Below are positions 35,592 to 45,927 of a DNA stretch of 64,000 nucleotides, one piece after another. The translations under genes were made by a program, and so were the position numbers. The number at the start of each line of letters is the position of its first letter. The stretch's first letter is position 1. The notes below the pieces were generated by a model that saw only the letters and a list, made by a program, of their open reading frames with translations, was not told the origin of the DNA and did not search any database. This DNA is from a virus: the IMG/VR virus record IMGVR_UViG_3300047666_001259, positions 1-64,000 of that record, one strand, 5' to 3'.

Positions 35592-37988
35592 TTATCCACC
35601 CGTGCTTCCATCAGTTGTTTCAGATTCATCCGTAGGGTCGAATAACTCATATGGAATACTTTGCCAAGAGCCAGCCTCTCCATCAAAACCAGTTGTTATT
35701 GGACAAATAGTACTCAATAAAGTAGATAATCTAAAGTTAAAATCACTATAGTTAGTGTCATTACTATAATCATCAAGTATCACAATTCCATTCATAGTTA
35801 TCTTATGCTTATGAATTTCACCTAAGAACGTGTCGGTGCAAAGACCTCCAGACTCATAAGTAACCGCCATGTTAGTGTAAGTTGTTTGTAGATTATATCT
35901 ATTCACAAACGGGTTCACTGGAGCAGTTGTAGTAAATGTTCCTAAATTTAGAGTCTCGCCATCTTCTGATCCCTTCATCACAAAATTGTGGAATCCATTT
36001 TCAATCCCACTCACTGGAATAGTTGGGTGAATATATCTTAGCTTCATTCCATAATCTGCTCTTAAATAAATTGGTCTATTAAAAGTAAACTCCCCTAATT
36101 GAACAGTAGTCTCTCCTAGTATAGCGTTTGTGGGTAAGAAGAATTGAAATTCATTTCCTGTCACAGGAATAATAAAATCCTCTCCCGCAGGAACTGTCTG
36201 TCCGTCAAAAATAATATCATCCCCATTATTGGTAATGATCATTTCAATTTTAGAAACAAAATCTCCATCACTATCGAATCCAAAATTAAAATCAGGGAAA
36301 CTAGAGAAGCTTTGATCAAAATCTTGAGTTGCCTCATTATATTGATGACCCATTTTAACTAACCAAACATTCGATTCTTGATTTGTAGCTTCAGATGAAA
36401 GCCTCCTTAAGTGAGTAGCACTATTACCCTCTGTCATTCTACCCTTTTGCCTATAAAGGTCACCTAGATTGAAAACTACAGGCTTTGTAATTATAGTAGC
36501 ATCTACAATATTAACAGCTCCTTGAATTGGGTATACAGAAGTATCAAATTCCAATCCGAAAGGATTCTCTAAACTAACTGTAACAGATTCAATAAACTCT
36601 GGAATTTGATCAGCAAGTAATTGAATATCTACTGTCTTAGTTAATTCCCCAATTCCCCAAACAACCCTCTGAGGGCTTATTAACCTAAAGTCTGCTTCTT
36701 GGATAGCTATATTTTGTGCTGAATTTAAGTAAGAAAAAACAACATCAACACTTTCTCCTCCGAGAGAGCTAGTTTGATCTAAAGTTAATTCAAGTCTAAC
36801 TAAATCACCTTCTTGCGCATTTAATGTGAACATCAAATCACCCCTTAGTGTTTGATACATTTGCCCAAGGTCTCCAGTAAATCCTACTTTTCTAAATATT
36901 GTGTTATCAATAATTACAGCATTATGCTCTAAATTGTCACCTCCATATACATTTAAGAGAGAAGTTAACTTTATAATAATACTTTCAGGTTGTTCAACAA
37001 CCAAATCGTTATTAACAGTAAGATTTATAGTTTTAAATTGTTCTCCTATACCCCATTGAATTAAGAAATTTTCTCCAATAATAACATCATTAGGATCAGC
37101 GGTTACATATTCGACAACAACCTCAACTTCTTCTATCCCTCTGATAGAAGGTTGAGAAAGAGTTAAGGGTATGGGATACCCAGCGCCTTCGATATACTGC
37201 CCTCTGTTTTCAAGGAAAGATACACCTAGCGCATTGTTATTAAACACTACGTTTTCGTTTGTTTCTAAATTTGTATCTACGAAACACTGAAGAATACTTG
37301 AAACAACGTTGGATTCACCCGGGTTGCTTGGAGAAACATTTTCTAATATTTCAAAATATTCAGCATTCAAGTCAATAATTCCTCCCACATAAGATTCAGC
37401 CAGAATTGGCTGAATCTGAACATCAATCACATCATTACAAACTTTATAAGTCTCAATAGCTGTTTTGTCGTAATTCTTGTAGAGTTTTATCGGAAGATAA
37501 TAACTATCCTCATTCGTGTATTCATACAAATAATCACGAGTAGAGTCAATTCTACTTGCGCCCCCAATGCTAGCTGGCGCACCCGAAGGTCTCACAAACT
37601 CATTCCCATCCCAAGCAAAACTATTGTCACTCACGATTATGTTAATTGTGTTTTTTAATTGATCATCAATAAACACGGTTGGAGAAGGAGTTCCTCCAGC
37701 TACGGTTGTTTGAAAAAATTGGTTAAAAACAATTGAAAGCTTTCGGTCATCATAGAATATTTCCTTCCTCTCTGCTTCGTTAGAATTTTCGTTTAGATAT
37801 TGAATGAAATTATCGATAACAATTTGATTTTGAGAATTGTTCAAATACCCACGAATGTTAAACTCACTAGTAATACCTCCACCCAAACTTTGAGTATAGA
37901 CATAGTAATCATCACTTAATTCCAATTCGCTAACTGTAATTGGAGAGCCTGTAAAACGTGGGTTTAAGAAAAGGTCAAACTGTTGCAT
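35592..37988 (-). CDS. Structural protein with Calx-beta-like domains
   Basis: Two copies of W.IGE..KT..I....D...E..ES..I.L. Confidence 0.7.
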   Translation of the reverse strand: MQQFDLFLNPRFTGSPITVSELELSDDYYVYTQSLGGGITSEFNIRGYLNNSQNQIVIDNFIQYLNENSNEAERKEIFYDDRKLSIVFNQFFQTTVAGGTPSPTVFIDDQLKNTINIIVSDNSFAWDGNEFVRPSGAPASIGGASRIDSTRDYLYEYTNEDSYYLPIKLYKNYDKTAIETYKVCNDVIDVQIQPILAESYVGGIIDLNAEYFEILENVSPSNPGESNVVSSILQCFVDTNLETNENVVFNNNALGVSFLENRGQYIEGAGYPIPLTLSQPSIRGIEEVEVVVEYVTADPNDVIIGENFLIQWGIGEQFKTINLTVNNDLVVEQPESIIIKLTSLLNVYGGDNLEHNAVIIDNTIFRKVGFTGDLGQMYQTLRGDLMFTLNAQEGDLVRLELTLDQTSSLGGESVDVVFSYLNSAQNIAIQEADFRLISPQRVVWGIGELTKTVDIQLLADQIPEFIESVTVSLENPFGLEFDTSVYPIQGAVNIVDATIITKPVVFNLGDLYRQKGRMTEGNSATHLRRLSSEATNQESNVWLVKMGHQYNEATQDFDQSFSSFPDFNFGFDSDGDFVSKIEMIITNNGDDIIFDGQTVPAGEDFIIPVTGNEFQFFLPTNAILGETTVQLGEFTFNRPIYLRADYGMKLRYIHPTIPVSGIENGFHNFVMKGSEDGETLNLGTFTTTAPVNPFVNRYNLQTTYTNMAVTYESGGLCTDTFLGEIHKHKITMNGIVILDDYSNDTNYSDFNFRLSTLLSTICPITTGFDGEAGSWQSIPYELFDPTDESETTDGSTGG

Positions 37989-38497
37989 TACTTGTTAATT
38001 GTTATATTTAAATCATTTGCTTTAGACGTTACATTAGATAGGTTAAGTTGTTCTAAATCTAAGTCATCTATCGTTATTGTGCTACCATCTGTCAAAGTCC
38101 AAGGTAGACTGTTCTTCCCTTGAGAATCAAACCATCTCTTCACTTCTTGATTGCTGAAATTAGATATCTCTGGTCTTAAAGACCTGATATAATCTATTAT
38201 AGTCACAATTAAATCTTCGCCTTTGTTAATATGAATTTCATTTACATTATCAAAGAAACCAAACTCCATGTAAAAAGGATTTACTTCCTGTCTTTCAATC
38301 TTCTTAATAGTGTCGTCAATAACAACATCGACATAATCTATGATTTTCTCTGTTCTCAACATCGGGAACTGAATAAAGAAATCGTTTTCAGGCACTTCTG
38401 CTAGAGTTCTATCGCTTTGAACGATACCATATCCTTGCGAATACCCGCTAAAAGGTAGGGTGTTAATATAGAGTTGATATTTTCTTGAGTCTTCCAT
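37988..38497 (-). CDS. Putative structural protein
   Basis: Late operon; TATTTA at 38504-38509. Confidence 0.65.
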   Translation of the reverse strand: MEDSRKYQLYINTLPFSGYSQGYGIVQSDRTLAEVPENDFFIQFPMLRTEKIIDYVDVVIDDTIKKIERQEVNPFYMEFGFFDNVNEIHINKGEDLIVTIIDYIRSLRPEISNFSNQEVKRWFDSQGKNSLPWTLTDGSTITIDDLDLEQLNLSNVTSKANDLNITINK

Positions 38498-38517
38498 TTA
38501 CATTAAATAAGAGAATA

Positions 38518-41500
38518 TTATATTTGATAGGCAAAACCACCTAAACCATTTCTTCCGACATTTGCATCTCCAACCAAAAGATTAGGTACAATTGTTTGCG
38601 CTGTAATATAAGTGCCTAACACATCTAGTTGAATTTGTGATAATTCCAACCCAGCTAACCCCAACTCTTCTTCATCGCTAATAAAGAAGTTATTGCTTGT
38701 ATTTCCAAAAGGATTGGCGAATTCCATACCGAAGTTAGGATCATATTCAGCAAAATTAAACCCTCCTGTATTATTAGAACCTCCCCCTATTTCCTGAATA
38801 ATATCAACAAAACCATCAAGAAGTTGTTGAAATAAATCAGCAGTGTCCTCAACTGGTGTGTATTGATCGATATTTGTAACAGCAAAATCTTGAGCTAAAA
38901 ATTTTGATCTCATTCTAAGCTTATCAACTTCAATAAGCTCTCCATCCACTAAGCCTCCAAAGTTTCCATCACTATCCCCAACATCAATAACCTCCTGCAT
39001 ACTTGGGTTTCCAGCCAATGTCTCACCTTCTGAGTTATAAACCCAAACTTGATCACCATTTTCCCACCATATACTTGCATCACCATGTAAAGTGTTGGAA
39101 CCACCAGCTCTTCCAATTTTATAAAGAACATCATTGTTCAGTTTAAAATCAAAACCCCTATATCCATCTACTTCTGAAAAGTCAGCGAAAGGAATATGGA
39201 CATCTATAACTTTTTTAGTTGGAAAAGATACTATGTTCTCATCTGTACAGGGAATGACTTCAACTGAATTTGAACTCCAAAAAGAAGATTCTAAAATTTC
39301 TCCATATAGATTAAATCTGCCATAAGTTGTCAGATTTAATCTAGAGTTTGGCAAGATATTATCAGACAAAAGAGCTATGTGATTTATGTAAACTTTTTCC
39401 GAGAAAGGCATTGGAGTTCCAACATACCCTTGTTCACCTTCGTCTTCAATAAAAGTAGTAAGTATGTCTTCCGAATCAGGAATAACATTTCCTAATCCAT
39501 AAAAATTACCTCCGTTATAAATTGATCTATTCAAATAGAAGCACTCTTCATTTTCCTGATCGTAAGGAGTTAGTACGCTCCCTAACACATTAACAAGATA
39601 TTTATTTACACCTTCCTCAGAAGTTTCTAAGAAATCTGGAGGAACTACCATTGTCCTATATCCTTCTTTTGCAAAAGATATTTCATAATAACACTTTTGG
39701 TTTGCTGTGTTAGCGTATAGCTCAAAATTGACACCACTCTGACTAGAGGGGGTGTATTCTTGGATTGTTTCTAAAAGCCACCCTTCCACTGTAATTTCTA
39801 CCGTTAAGAATCCTCCACCATCTTTTGAAGAAAAGGTAATCGATGATTCATTATCATCAAAAGTTGCTTTAAAATCTTTCTCTAATCCCTGATTTTTAAT
39901 ATAGTCATATTGACCGCCATCAAGCTTTGCTTTAAACCTTACATAGTAGCTACTAAAGGCTCCCTCAGCATCAACAGGCAGTTTTGTTCCGTTAACAATA
40001 AAGTCTTTGTCTGCTGGGAAAAAATCATAATCATTAGGGTTTGTAGACCCAGTGTAAGTTGCCTTAATTTTATGAGGAACAAAATTATCGTAACTAATTT
40101 TCACTGGGAAACTCTTTTCTTCTCCCGCTAAAATCGCAATTTCCTGATCTAAACCAAAAACTGGATTCACTGGAATTACTGAATTTATCCCAGTGTTTCT
40201 AATTTTAACAATCATAGTGTCGCAGGGAAAAAATTCAGCGTTCACCCCTTGCCAAGAAGCTCCGTTCCTTAAAACTGAAGGGCTAGAATAATTAAACACA
40301 TCATTGTTAGAGAAGTTTGAGTTATAAGCCTTTCTTCCTTCGAAGAGTAGCCTGTTTTTGTAAACATCTCCAATATTGAATTTAACCTTACCTCTTTCGG
40401 TTTGATCTAAAATGTAAAGCTGAGAAACTGGAATAATTCCATTTTCTAATCTGAATTTTTCAGATAATGAAAAATTAAACTCTTCTTTAAGCTCAATTTC
40501 AACATCATCATTAACTATTATTTGTAAATCCTTGCTTATCTCATTTTCTTCCCAAGACATAGAATAAGGGAATTCAATAGACTCCCCATTTAGCAAAACG
40601 TCCATATCAGGAACAGAGCCAATATTGTAGTTGATTATGTCAGAGAAGGTCTCATCTGCATTATCTGCATTAGGATCATAAGAAGCATCAAGAGTTATTC
40701 TGTATCTTGTGTAATATTCATCACCTTCTACATCAGGGTTAAAGAAAGAAATTTCTTCCACATTAAGAATAACATGAGTTCCGATATAACTTCCACTACC
40801 AATAACTAAAGAGAAACCAGCCGTAACAATATCTAAAGCCCCAGTTGGAAGCGCTGTATAGAATGCAACATTGCCTCCAACATTTCTAAATAGTATTCCT
40901 TGAGAACCCTCTTCTCCCTCAAGAGTTTGCGATGCTACCTGACCAAAGTAATAAGAAAAATTCGTAGCAGGAGAAGCTAGGTTAAATAAACAAGTTTCAT
41001 TTCCGAAAGGAGATGCTTCGTTTAAATATATTTGCATATTGAACACTTGACCTTCTTCAATTTCATCACCAGTGGTTGAGAAAGAAATTTCTCTAGGTTT
41101 TTCTTCCTTAACGTCTAAATCCAATCTAATCCAATGCTTATTGAAAAAGAAAGAAAAATCGTTTTCAATTATAAGAGCCGACTCTCCAAAAGCATCAAAA
41201 TCAAATGTATTTGTTCCGTAAGAAACAAAATCTCCATCAACATTATAAAAAACAAGCTTTTGTTCCCAAGACTGATCCTCATAATAAAAGTCATCTGATA
41301 CTAATCGAATATAAGCAGAATCGAATGGATAGTTGTTTAATTCAATAAGATATTTTCCATTTTTTCTTCTAAAAATGTTATCTGTATCAAAAGAGTAAGT
41401 ACTACTTTGAGTTGTGGAATATAAATCAGAATAATTTGCATCTGAATATATCTCAAGAGTCAAGTTGTTGCAATCAATAATTGTAGAGGATAGTTTTCCG

Positions 41501-41670
41501 TATATTCTAAAGTTACGTGATCGATCTCTTTCTATTCTAAACTGTCTACTTAAATCGAAATCATTGTCGTATTTCTCTTTTTGAATTTCATGAAAAGTTC
41601 TCCCTAAATCTATTCTGATGAATTGATCTATATTATCGTCATTGATTAATATTTTCTTTTTATTTGCCAT
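38518..41670 (-). CDS. Large structural protein with Calx-beta-like domain
   Basis: 1050 aa, acidic; F..ER..S..FRIYGK at the N-terminus; WEENEISK.L.I.VNDD.EIE..E.F.F.L. Confidence 0.7.
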   Translation of the reverse strand: MANKKKILINDDNIDQFIRIDLGRTFHEIQKEKYDNDFDLSRQFRIERDRSRNFRIYGKLSSTIIDCNNLTLEIYSDANYSDLYSTTQSSTYSFDTDNIFRRKNGKYLIELNNYPFDSAYIRLVSDDFYYEDQSWEQKLVFYNVDGDFVSYGTNTFDFDAFGESALIIENDFSFFFNKHWIRLDLDVKEEKPREISFSTTGDEIEEGQVFNMQIYLNEASPFGNETCLFNLASPATNFSYYFGQVASQTLEGEEGSQGILFRNVGGNVAFYTALPTGALDIVTAGFSLVIGSGSYIGTHVILNVEEISFFNPDVEGDEYYTRYRITLDASYDPNADNADETFSDIINYNIGSVPDMDVLLNGESIEFPYSMSWEENEISKDLQIIVNDDVEIELKEEFNFSLSEKFRLENGIIPVSQLYILDQTERGKVKFNIGDVYKNRLLFEGRKAYNSNFSNNDVFNYSSPSVLRNGASWQGVNAEFFPCDTMIVKIRNTGINSVIPVNPVFGLDQEIAILAGEEKSFPVKISYDNFVPHKIKATYTGSTNPNDYDFFPADKDFIVNGTKLPVDAEGAFSSYYVRFKAKLDGGQYDYIKNQGLEKDFKATFDDNESSITFSSKDGGGFLTVEITVEGWLLETIQEYTPSSQSGVNFELYANTANQKCYYEISFAKEGYRTMVVPPDFLETSEEGVNKYLVNVLGSVLTPYDQENEECFYLNRSIYNGGNFYGLGNVIPDSEDILTTFIEDEGEQGYVGTPMPFSEKVYINHIALLSDNILPNSRLNLTTYGRFNLYGEILESSFWSSNSVEVIPCTDENIVSFPTKKVIDVHIPFADFSEVDGYRGFDFKLNNDVLYKIGRAGGSNTLHGDASIWWENGDQVWVYNSEGETLAGNPSMQEVIDVGDSDGNFGGLVDGELIEVDKLRMRSKFLAQDFAVTNIDQYTPVEDTADLFQQLLDGFVDIIQEIGGGSNNTGGFNFAEYDPNFGMEFANPFGNTSNNFFISDEEELGLAGLELSQIQLDVLGTYITAQTIVPNLLVGDANVGRNGLGGFAYQI

Positions 41671-41680
41671 TATTATATTC

Positions 41681-44600
41681 TTAAGCTAGATGATATGGTA
41701 TTAAATTACTAACCCCTCCATTACATGTATACCCAACATAATCAGACATAAATCTTGAGTCATACCATCCTCCTTTATTTTGTGCAGGATTAGCTATAGC
41801 CATTCCGTTTACCTCTATTGTGTGTTGACCTTTATTCCCACTAACCCAATGATCTTTACATCCTTCGCTAGAAGTCCAACTACCATCACTATAATTTGTT
41901 CTACAATTCAATAACCTTGTTCTCATGTGATAGGTCGGTATTGCGTTTTCGTCACCTCCCGTATGGTTTAAAGATACTATAGGGACTGAGAACCCTTCTG
42001 GCCCTTCGGCTTTCAAGTTATTTCCCCCATTATAAAGAGTGATATTTTTCCAAACTAAACCGTATCTTGCTTTAGTGTATTTAAAGTCATCAAAATCAAA
42101 TACTGCATTTGTCGGAAGGATTAACTCTAAGTGATTAAATGATCCAAATAAACCAAAAGGTATTGGGTATGATTGATTTGGGGTTAAAGTAATCATGCCC
42201 ATAATATCCACATCGACAACTCCTTTATTAGTGATTTCTAACGTCATAGCTTGCATGGTAAGCATATTACCCTCACTATCATTTGACCAGAACTTTCTAC
42301 CTCCAGCGCCTCCATCGTTTTTCGTCTGTGGTCTTAATCTATTTCCTGACTTACCTCTTTGAGCGTAAAACTTTCCGAACTTCAATTTTACAAACTGAGA
42401 AATTGGCACTGGGTCTGGTGAAACCAAGTTATAAGGAGATGGGTCTAATATTCTATAAATATCTAAAGAACCCTCTCTAATATTAGGGGAGTTTCCCATT
42501 TCTAAAGCAATTCTTCTTCCATCTTCAAAATTTTCAAAACTAATTGAATTACTATAAGGAGCAACGGAAGTGTAGTAGCTAGTAGTAGCTTCGCTCTCTG
42601 AGACTGTTAAGTTTGGTCTGTCAGTATCGTTTTCTAACATAGCCTCTGAACCTCCCCACCAAGGGTAACTAAACACTCTCGGCATACCTTCGGGTCTTAA
42701 CCAATACCCGTACCCACACTCAACTCTCTGATATTTCTCCCCATTTAAAACAGATGAGACACCATTATCAATCGGAAACAAAACATTTGGTTTATAACCG
42801 TTGGCATACATTTCATTCTGGTTAACTCCTTGTTCGTACTTATATAGATAATTTTGGGTCACTGTCTTAGAAAAATTGTTCTTAAACCAATTTAAACTAG
42901 CCCCAACACCTCCATCATAAGAAACCCCATAGCCTCCCGTACCACCCAAGCCAGAATCTGAATTTTCATCACTAAAGTCAGCAAACTGCCTTCCAACTAG
43001 ATCACCATCTATATACTTTGGTCGTTCAATATATTTTTTACCTTCCTCACTAAGAAGGTTGAAGTCAGGATTCATTACCACAGGCACTTTTGGAATGCTA
43101 TATTTTTCTGGATACAAAGGACTCCAAGGTTTTTCGTAAGGAAAGAACCCCTCAACACCAACTGATCCTGCGTTTGGTGTTGAGTAAGATGTATTGTTTC
43201 TGTTTAGATTAAAATGATCTCTTGTTGCATACTCAACCTCATCGAGATGAGTTTTTTCTAACCCTGTATGTCTAAATACGGCATCCTTAGAAATGTATTG
43301 TTGCGATATCTGATAACCAGCTAGCCAAACTCCTCTCTTGCCAGTTGGGTTTCCATTAGCATCAGTTCTAAACCCGTCAGGGTCATACATATTAGCTGGA
43401 ATCTTAAAAGCATGATATCCTTTAGTTCTAAATTCAGCATTCTTTTTTCTTTGAGCAAACTCATTATACCAAAATATTCTTGAATCCTCATCACGGTCAT
43501 ACATGTTGTGGATTTCAACAATTTCTTTATTTTTGATTGGATAACCTTCTTGAGACATATCTCTAACTGAAAAAGTTAGTGGTGAATTATAGCCTTTAGC
43601 CTGTAATTCCTCAATAGCTTTTCCTTCAAAAGAAATTGGAGTTGTAAAAAAGGTAACCCATTTTCTTAAATCTAGATTCACATCAATATTTACTTCCGTA
43701 TAACCTGTTTGAAATGAACCCCAGTTTGGAATAATATCTAACGGAATCTGACGGTAGAACAAACTAGGAATAGTATCTAAGTTTGGTTCGTCATTTACTG
43801 GGAATGGGAAATTGTTCAAAGCAATCTCATCCTTCGTTAGTCCTTGTTTAAATAAATCTACTTCAAACAACATTACTTGACTTCCTGTCGGAACATTGTT
43901 TAGAATGAACTCCCCATTATCGTTGGTGTATGTGAAGTGTTTGTAGTGAGAAGGGATAGTGTCAAACTCGCTACCACTTCTTAGATATTCTGAATTGTCT
44001 TGATTAAAAGACTGAGGGTCAAAGTACTCGTCTGGACTTGAACCTTCTTTTAGGTTTAAAGTAATTCTGTCACCTTGAGAATCTAAAGCTCCGAGTCTTG
44101 GGAACTGAGTTGAAGGCACAAAAACACCAACTGGCACATTGGCTAGTGGAATCCTTATTTTATTCCCTATTTCGTCTCTAATTGGCTGTAAAGCATTAAG
44201 AGTCCCCATTAGAGTCCCCGTGTCTGCCTCTTGATCAGGTAAGCTGTTGGTGAGATTATTGTAAACGTCAAGCGTATTTAAAAAATCTCTTGATCTAACA
44301 AGTTTTGTTGTAACAAATAAATCATCAATCTCTGCATCGTGAAAAAAGACAAACGACTTTGAGTCTCCCCCAAATCTTATGCTCATCTCTTCTAAAAAAG
44401 TTAATTTGAATGCATTTTTATCCTCCTCGTTAAAAACGAAATTATAAGCATTCGCATAACTATGTCCTGTGTAATATTGATCGAACTCAGTTGGTCGTAC
44501 TAAATTATTTTGAGAGTTTCTCAACCAAACCTCGTTTCCATCAAATTGATTTACGTATTGTGGAACACCCTGTTGATTCAACAGGACAATCGAAGGCACA

Positions 44601-44689
44601 CTATCTTTCTCACCCAACGGTATTTTGGTGTCGAAAAACACTACTGTTGTTCCTGTGCGTGACTTTTTAAGTAAAATTTCCTCTTGCAT
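41681..44689 (-). CDS. Large structural protein, baseplate-associated
   Basis: 1002 aa; PLANVPVGVF..TNDNGEFILNNVPTGSQ beta-sandwich motif; TATTTA at 44710-44715. Confidence 0.7.
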   Translation of the reverse strand: MQEEILLKKSRTGTTVVFFDTKIPLGEKDSVPSIVLLNQQGVPQYVNQFDGNEVWLRNSQNNLVRPTEFDQYYTGHSYANAYNFVFNEEDKNAFKLTFLEEMSIRFGGDSKSFVFFHDAEIDDLFVTTKLVRSRDFLNTLDVYNNLTNSLPDQEADTGTLMGTLNALQPIRDEIGNKIRIPLANVPVGVFVPSTQFPRLGALDSQGDRITLNLKEGSSPDEYFDPQSFNQDNSEYLRSGSEFDTIPSHYKHFTYTNDNGEFILNNVPTGSQVMLFEVDLFKQGLTKDEIALNNFPFPVNDEPNLDTIPSLFYRQIPLDIIPNWGSFQTGYTEVNIDVNLDLRKWVTFFTTPISFEGKAIEELQAKGYNSPLTFSVRDMSQEGYPIKNKEIVEIHNMYDRDEDSRIFWYNEFAQRKKNAEFRTKGYHAFKIPANMYDPDGFRTDANGNPTGKRGVWLAGYQISQQYISKDAVFRHTGLEKTHLDEVEYATRDHFNLNRNNTSYSTPNAGSVGVEGFFPYEKPWSPLYPEKYSIPKVPVVMNPDFNLLSEEGKKYIERPKYIDGDLVGRQFADFSDENSDSGLGGTGGYGVSYDGGVGASLNWFKNNFSKTVTQNYLYKYEQGVNQNEMYANGYKPNVLFPIDNGVSSVLNGEKYQRVECGYGYWLRPEGMPRVFSYPWWGGSEAMLENDTDRPNLTVSESEATTSYYTSVAPYSNSISFENFEDGRRIALEMGNSPNIREGSLDIYRILDPSPYNLVSPDPVPISQFVKLKFGKFYAQRGKSGNRLRPQTKNDGGAGGRKFWSNDSEGNMLTMQAMTLEITNKGVVDVDIMGMITLTPNQSYPIPFGLFGSFNHLELILPTNAVFDFDDFKYTKARYGLVWKNITLYNGGNNLKAEGPEGFSVPIVSLNHTGGDENAIPTYHMRTRLLNCRTNYSDGSWTSSEGCKDHWVSGNKGQHTIEVNGMAIANPAQNKGGWYDSRFMSDYVGYTCNGGVSNLIPYHLA

Positions 44690-44751
44690 TTTGTACTTTG
44701 TCTTTGATATAAATAATACATGTTAAATTTCTGAAAGTAAAGAATTTTAAT

Positions 44752-44759
44752 TATCTTTG
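44752..44759 (+). promoter_or_regulatory. Bacteroidota -7 element (TATCTTTG)
   Basis: Upstream of a plus-strand cluster of three small genes. Confidence 0.55.
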
Positions 44760-44814
44760 ATTTATTATGAGAAGCTAGCGTATTAAAAAAACAAAAATTT
44801 GAAGAAATATCATA

Positions 44815-44994
44815 ATGGAACTATCAAAAATAAATAATGTAGTTTTTGAAAACATTGATTTCAATGACTACCCAGATTACTCAGATGCTTATATATTTAG
44901 TGCTGACTATGACGGAAAACCAATGAGTAAAATAGAATTAGATTCACTTCCTAGCGAGTGGGTTTATGAACTGTTAATCAAACAATTAGACTAA
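44815..44994 (+). CDS. Small acidic phage protein (59 aa)
   Basis: Not in the track; MELSKINNVVFENIDFNDYPDYSDAYIFSADYDGKPMSKIELDSLPSEWVYELLIKQLD. Confidence 0.75.
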   Translation: MELSKINNVVFENIDFNDYPDYSDAYIFSADYDGKPMSKIELDSLPSEWVYELLIKQLD

Positions 44995-44995
44995 A

Positions 44996-45424
44996 ATGGA
45001 ATTAACAGAACAAGACAGGCAAGACCTTAAAGTAGAAATAGATCACATTTTTGACTCAGGAGCAAATAATATTCGTTTATCTGAAATGATGGATAGATTT
45101 ATCTCTCAAAAAACAGGCTCTTTAGATGTAAATTGCTTGGGCGAAACTCAAGATATGGAGTACTTAGAGAAGAATCTCCTTGCCTCTTTAAAGAAATTAC
45201 CGCATGAAATAAAATATCCAGAAGTAGATGGATTTTATAAGCACTATAAAGGTGGGGTGTATAAATTCATGTCTATGTCTGAACATACAGAGACAGGAGA
45301 AAAATTAGTCATTTACCAATCTTTATTATTCGGAAGTATCTACGCTAGACCTTTAGAAATTTGGAATGAAAGTGTAAATGTTGGATCAGAAGTAGTGCCG
45401 AGGTTCAAAAAAATGACTACTTAA
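44996..45424 (+). CDS. DUF1653-domain protein
   Basis: YKHYKGGVY......HTETGEKLVIYQSL....YARPL..W...V.....PRF. Confidence 0.85.
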   Translation: MELTEQDRQDLKVEIDHIFDSGANNIRLSEMMDRFISQKTGSLDVNCLGETQDMEYLEKNLLASLKKLPHEIKYPEVDGFYKHYKGGVYKFMSMSEHTETGEKLVIYQSLLFGSIYARPLEIWNESVNVGSEVVPRFKKMTT

Positions 45425-45428
45425 AATT

Positions 45429-45617
45429 ATGAAATGCGAAAAACATAAGAAAGGCATGATTGTACTTCATGCTTTCTCAGAAGGTGAATGTATTATTTGT
45501 GATACTCATATTGACACTGCCCACATTCCCTGCGATTTGGTTTGTCAAAAATGTAGTGAAGAAAAAAACTTATGCCATATTTGTGGTGAATCTACTGCTT
45601 GCCCTGACAAGCAATAA
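45429..45617 (+). CDS. Small Cys-rich (Zn-finger-like) protein
   Basis: CEKH, CIIC, CQKC, CHIC. Confidence 0.7.
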   Translation: MKCEKHKKGMIVLHAFSEGECIICDTHIDTAHIPCDLVCQKCSEEKNLCHICGESTACPDKQ

Positions 45618-45927
45618 CATCATCTAGCTCCTTCTTTATAGTTTCCATATATGATGCATCGAAAACATCATAAAAGAATCCTATCCTCATTGTGTGATAG
45701 GAGTTGTTTATAATATTTTTAAATTCTCTCTGATTATCTTGCTCATACCTTTGAAATGAATCCTTAGAATCTAGGACTTCAACAGGAAATCTATGAAAAA
45801 ATAACTCAAAATGATCTCCACATTCTTCTTGTAATTCAACCATTTCATTATAAGTACAGTCCGTAGGCTTAACGGTAGAGCCTAAAGTCAAACAAAAAAT
45901 CAACAGTATAAAGATTGATAGCTTCAT
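45592..45927 (-). CDS. Hypothetical protein with signal peptide
   Basis: MKLSIFILLIFCLTLGS N-terminus; coupled to the baseplate wedge gene. Confidence 0.6.
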   Translation of the reverse strand: MKLSIFILLIFCLTLGSTVKPTDCTYNEMVELQEECGDHFELFFHRFPVEVLDSKDSFQRYEQDNQREFKNIINNSYHTMRIGFFYDVFDASYMETIKKELDDVIACQGKQ

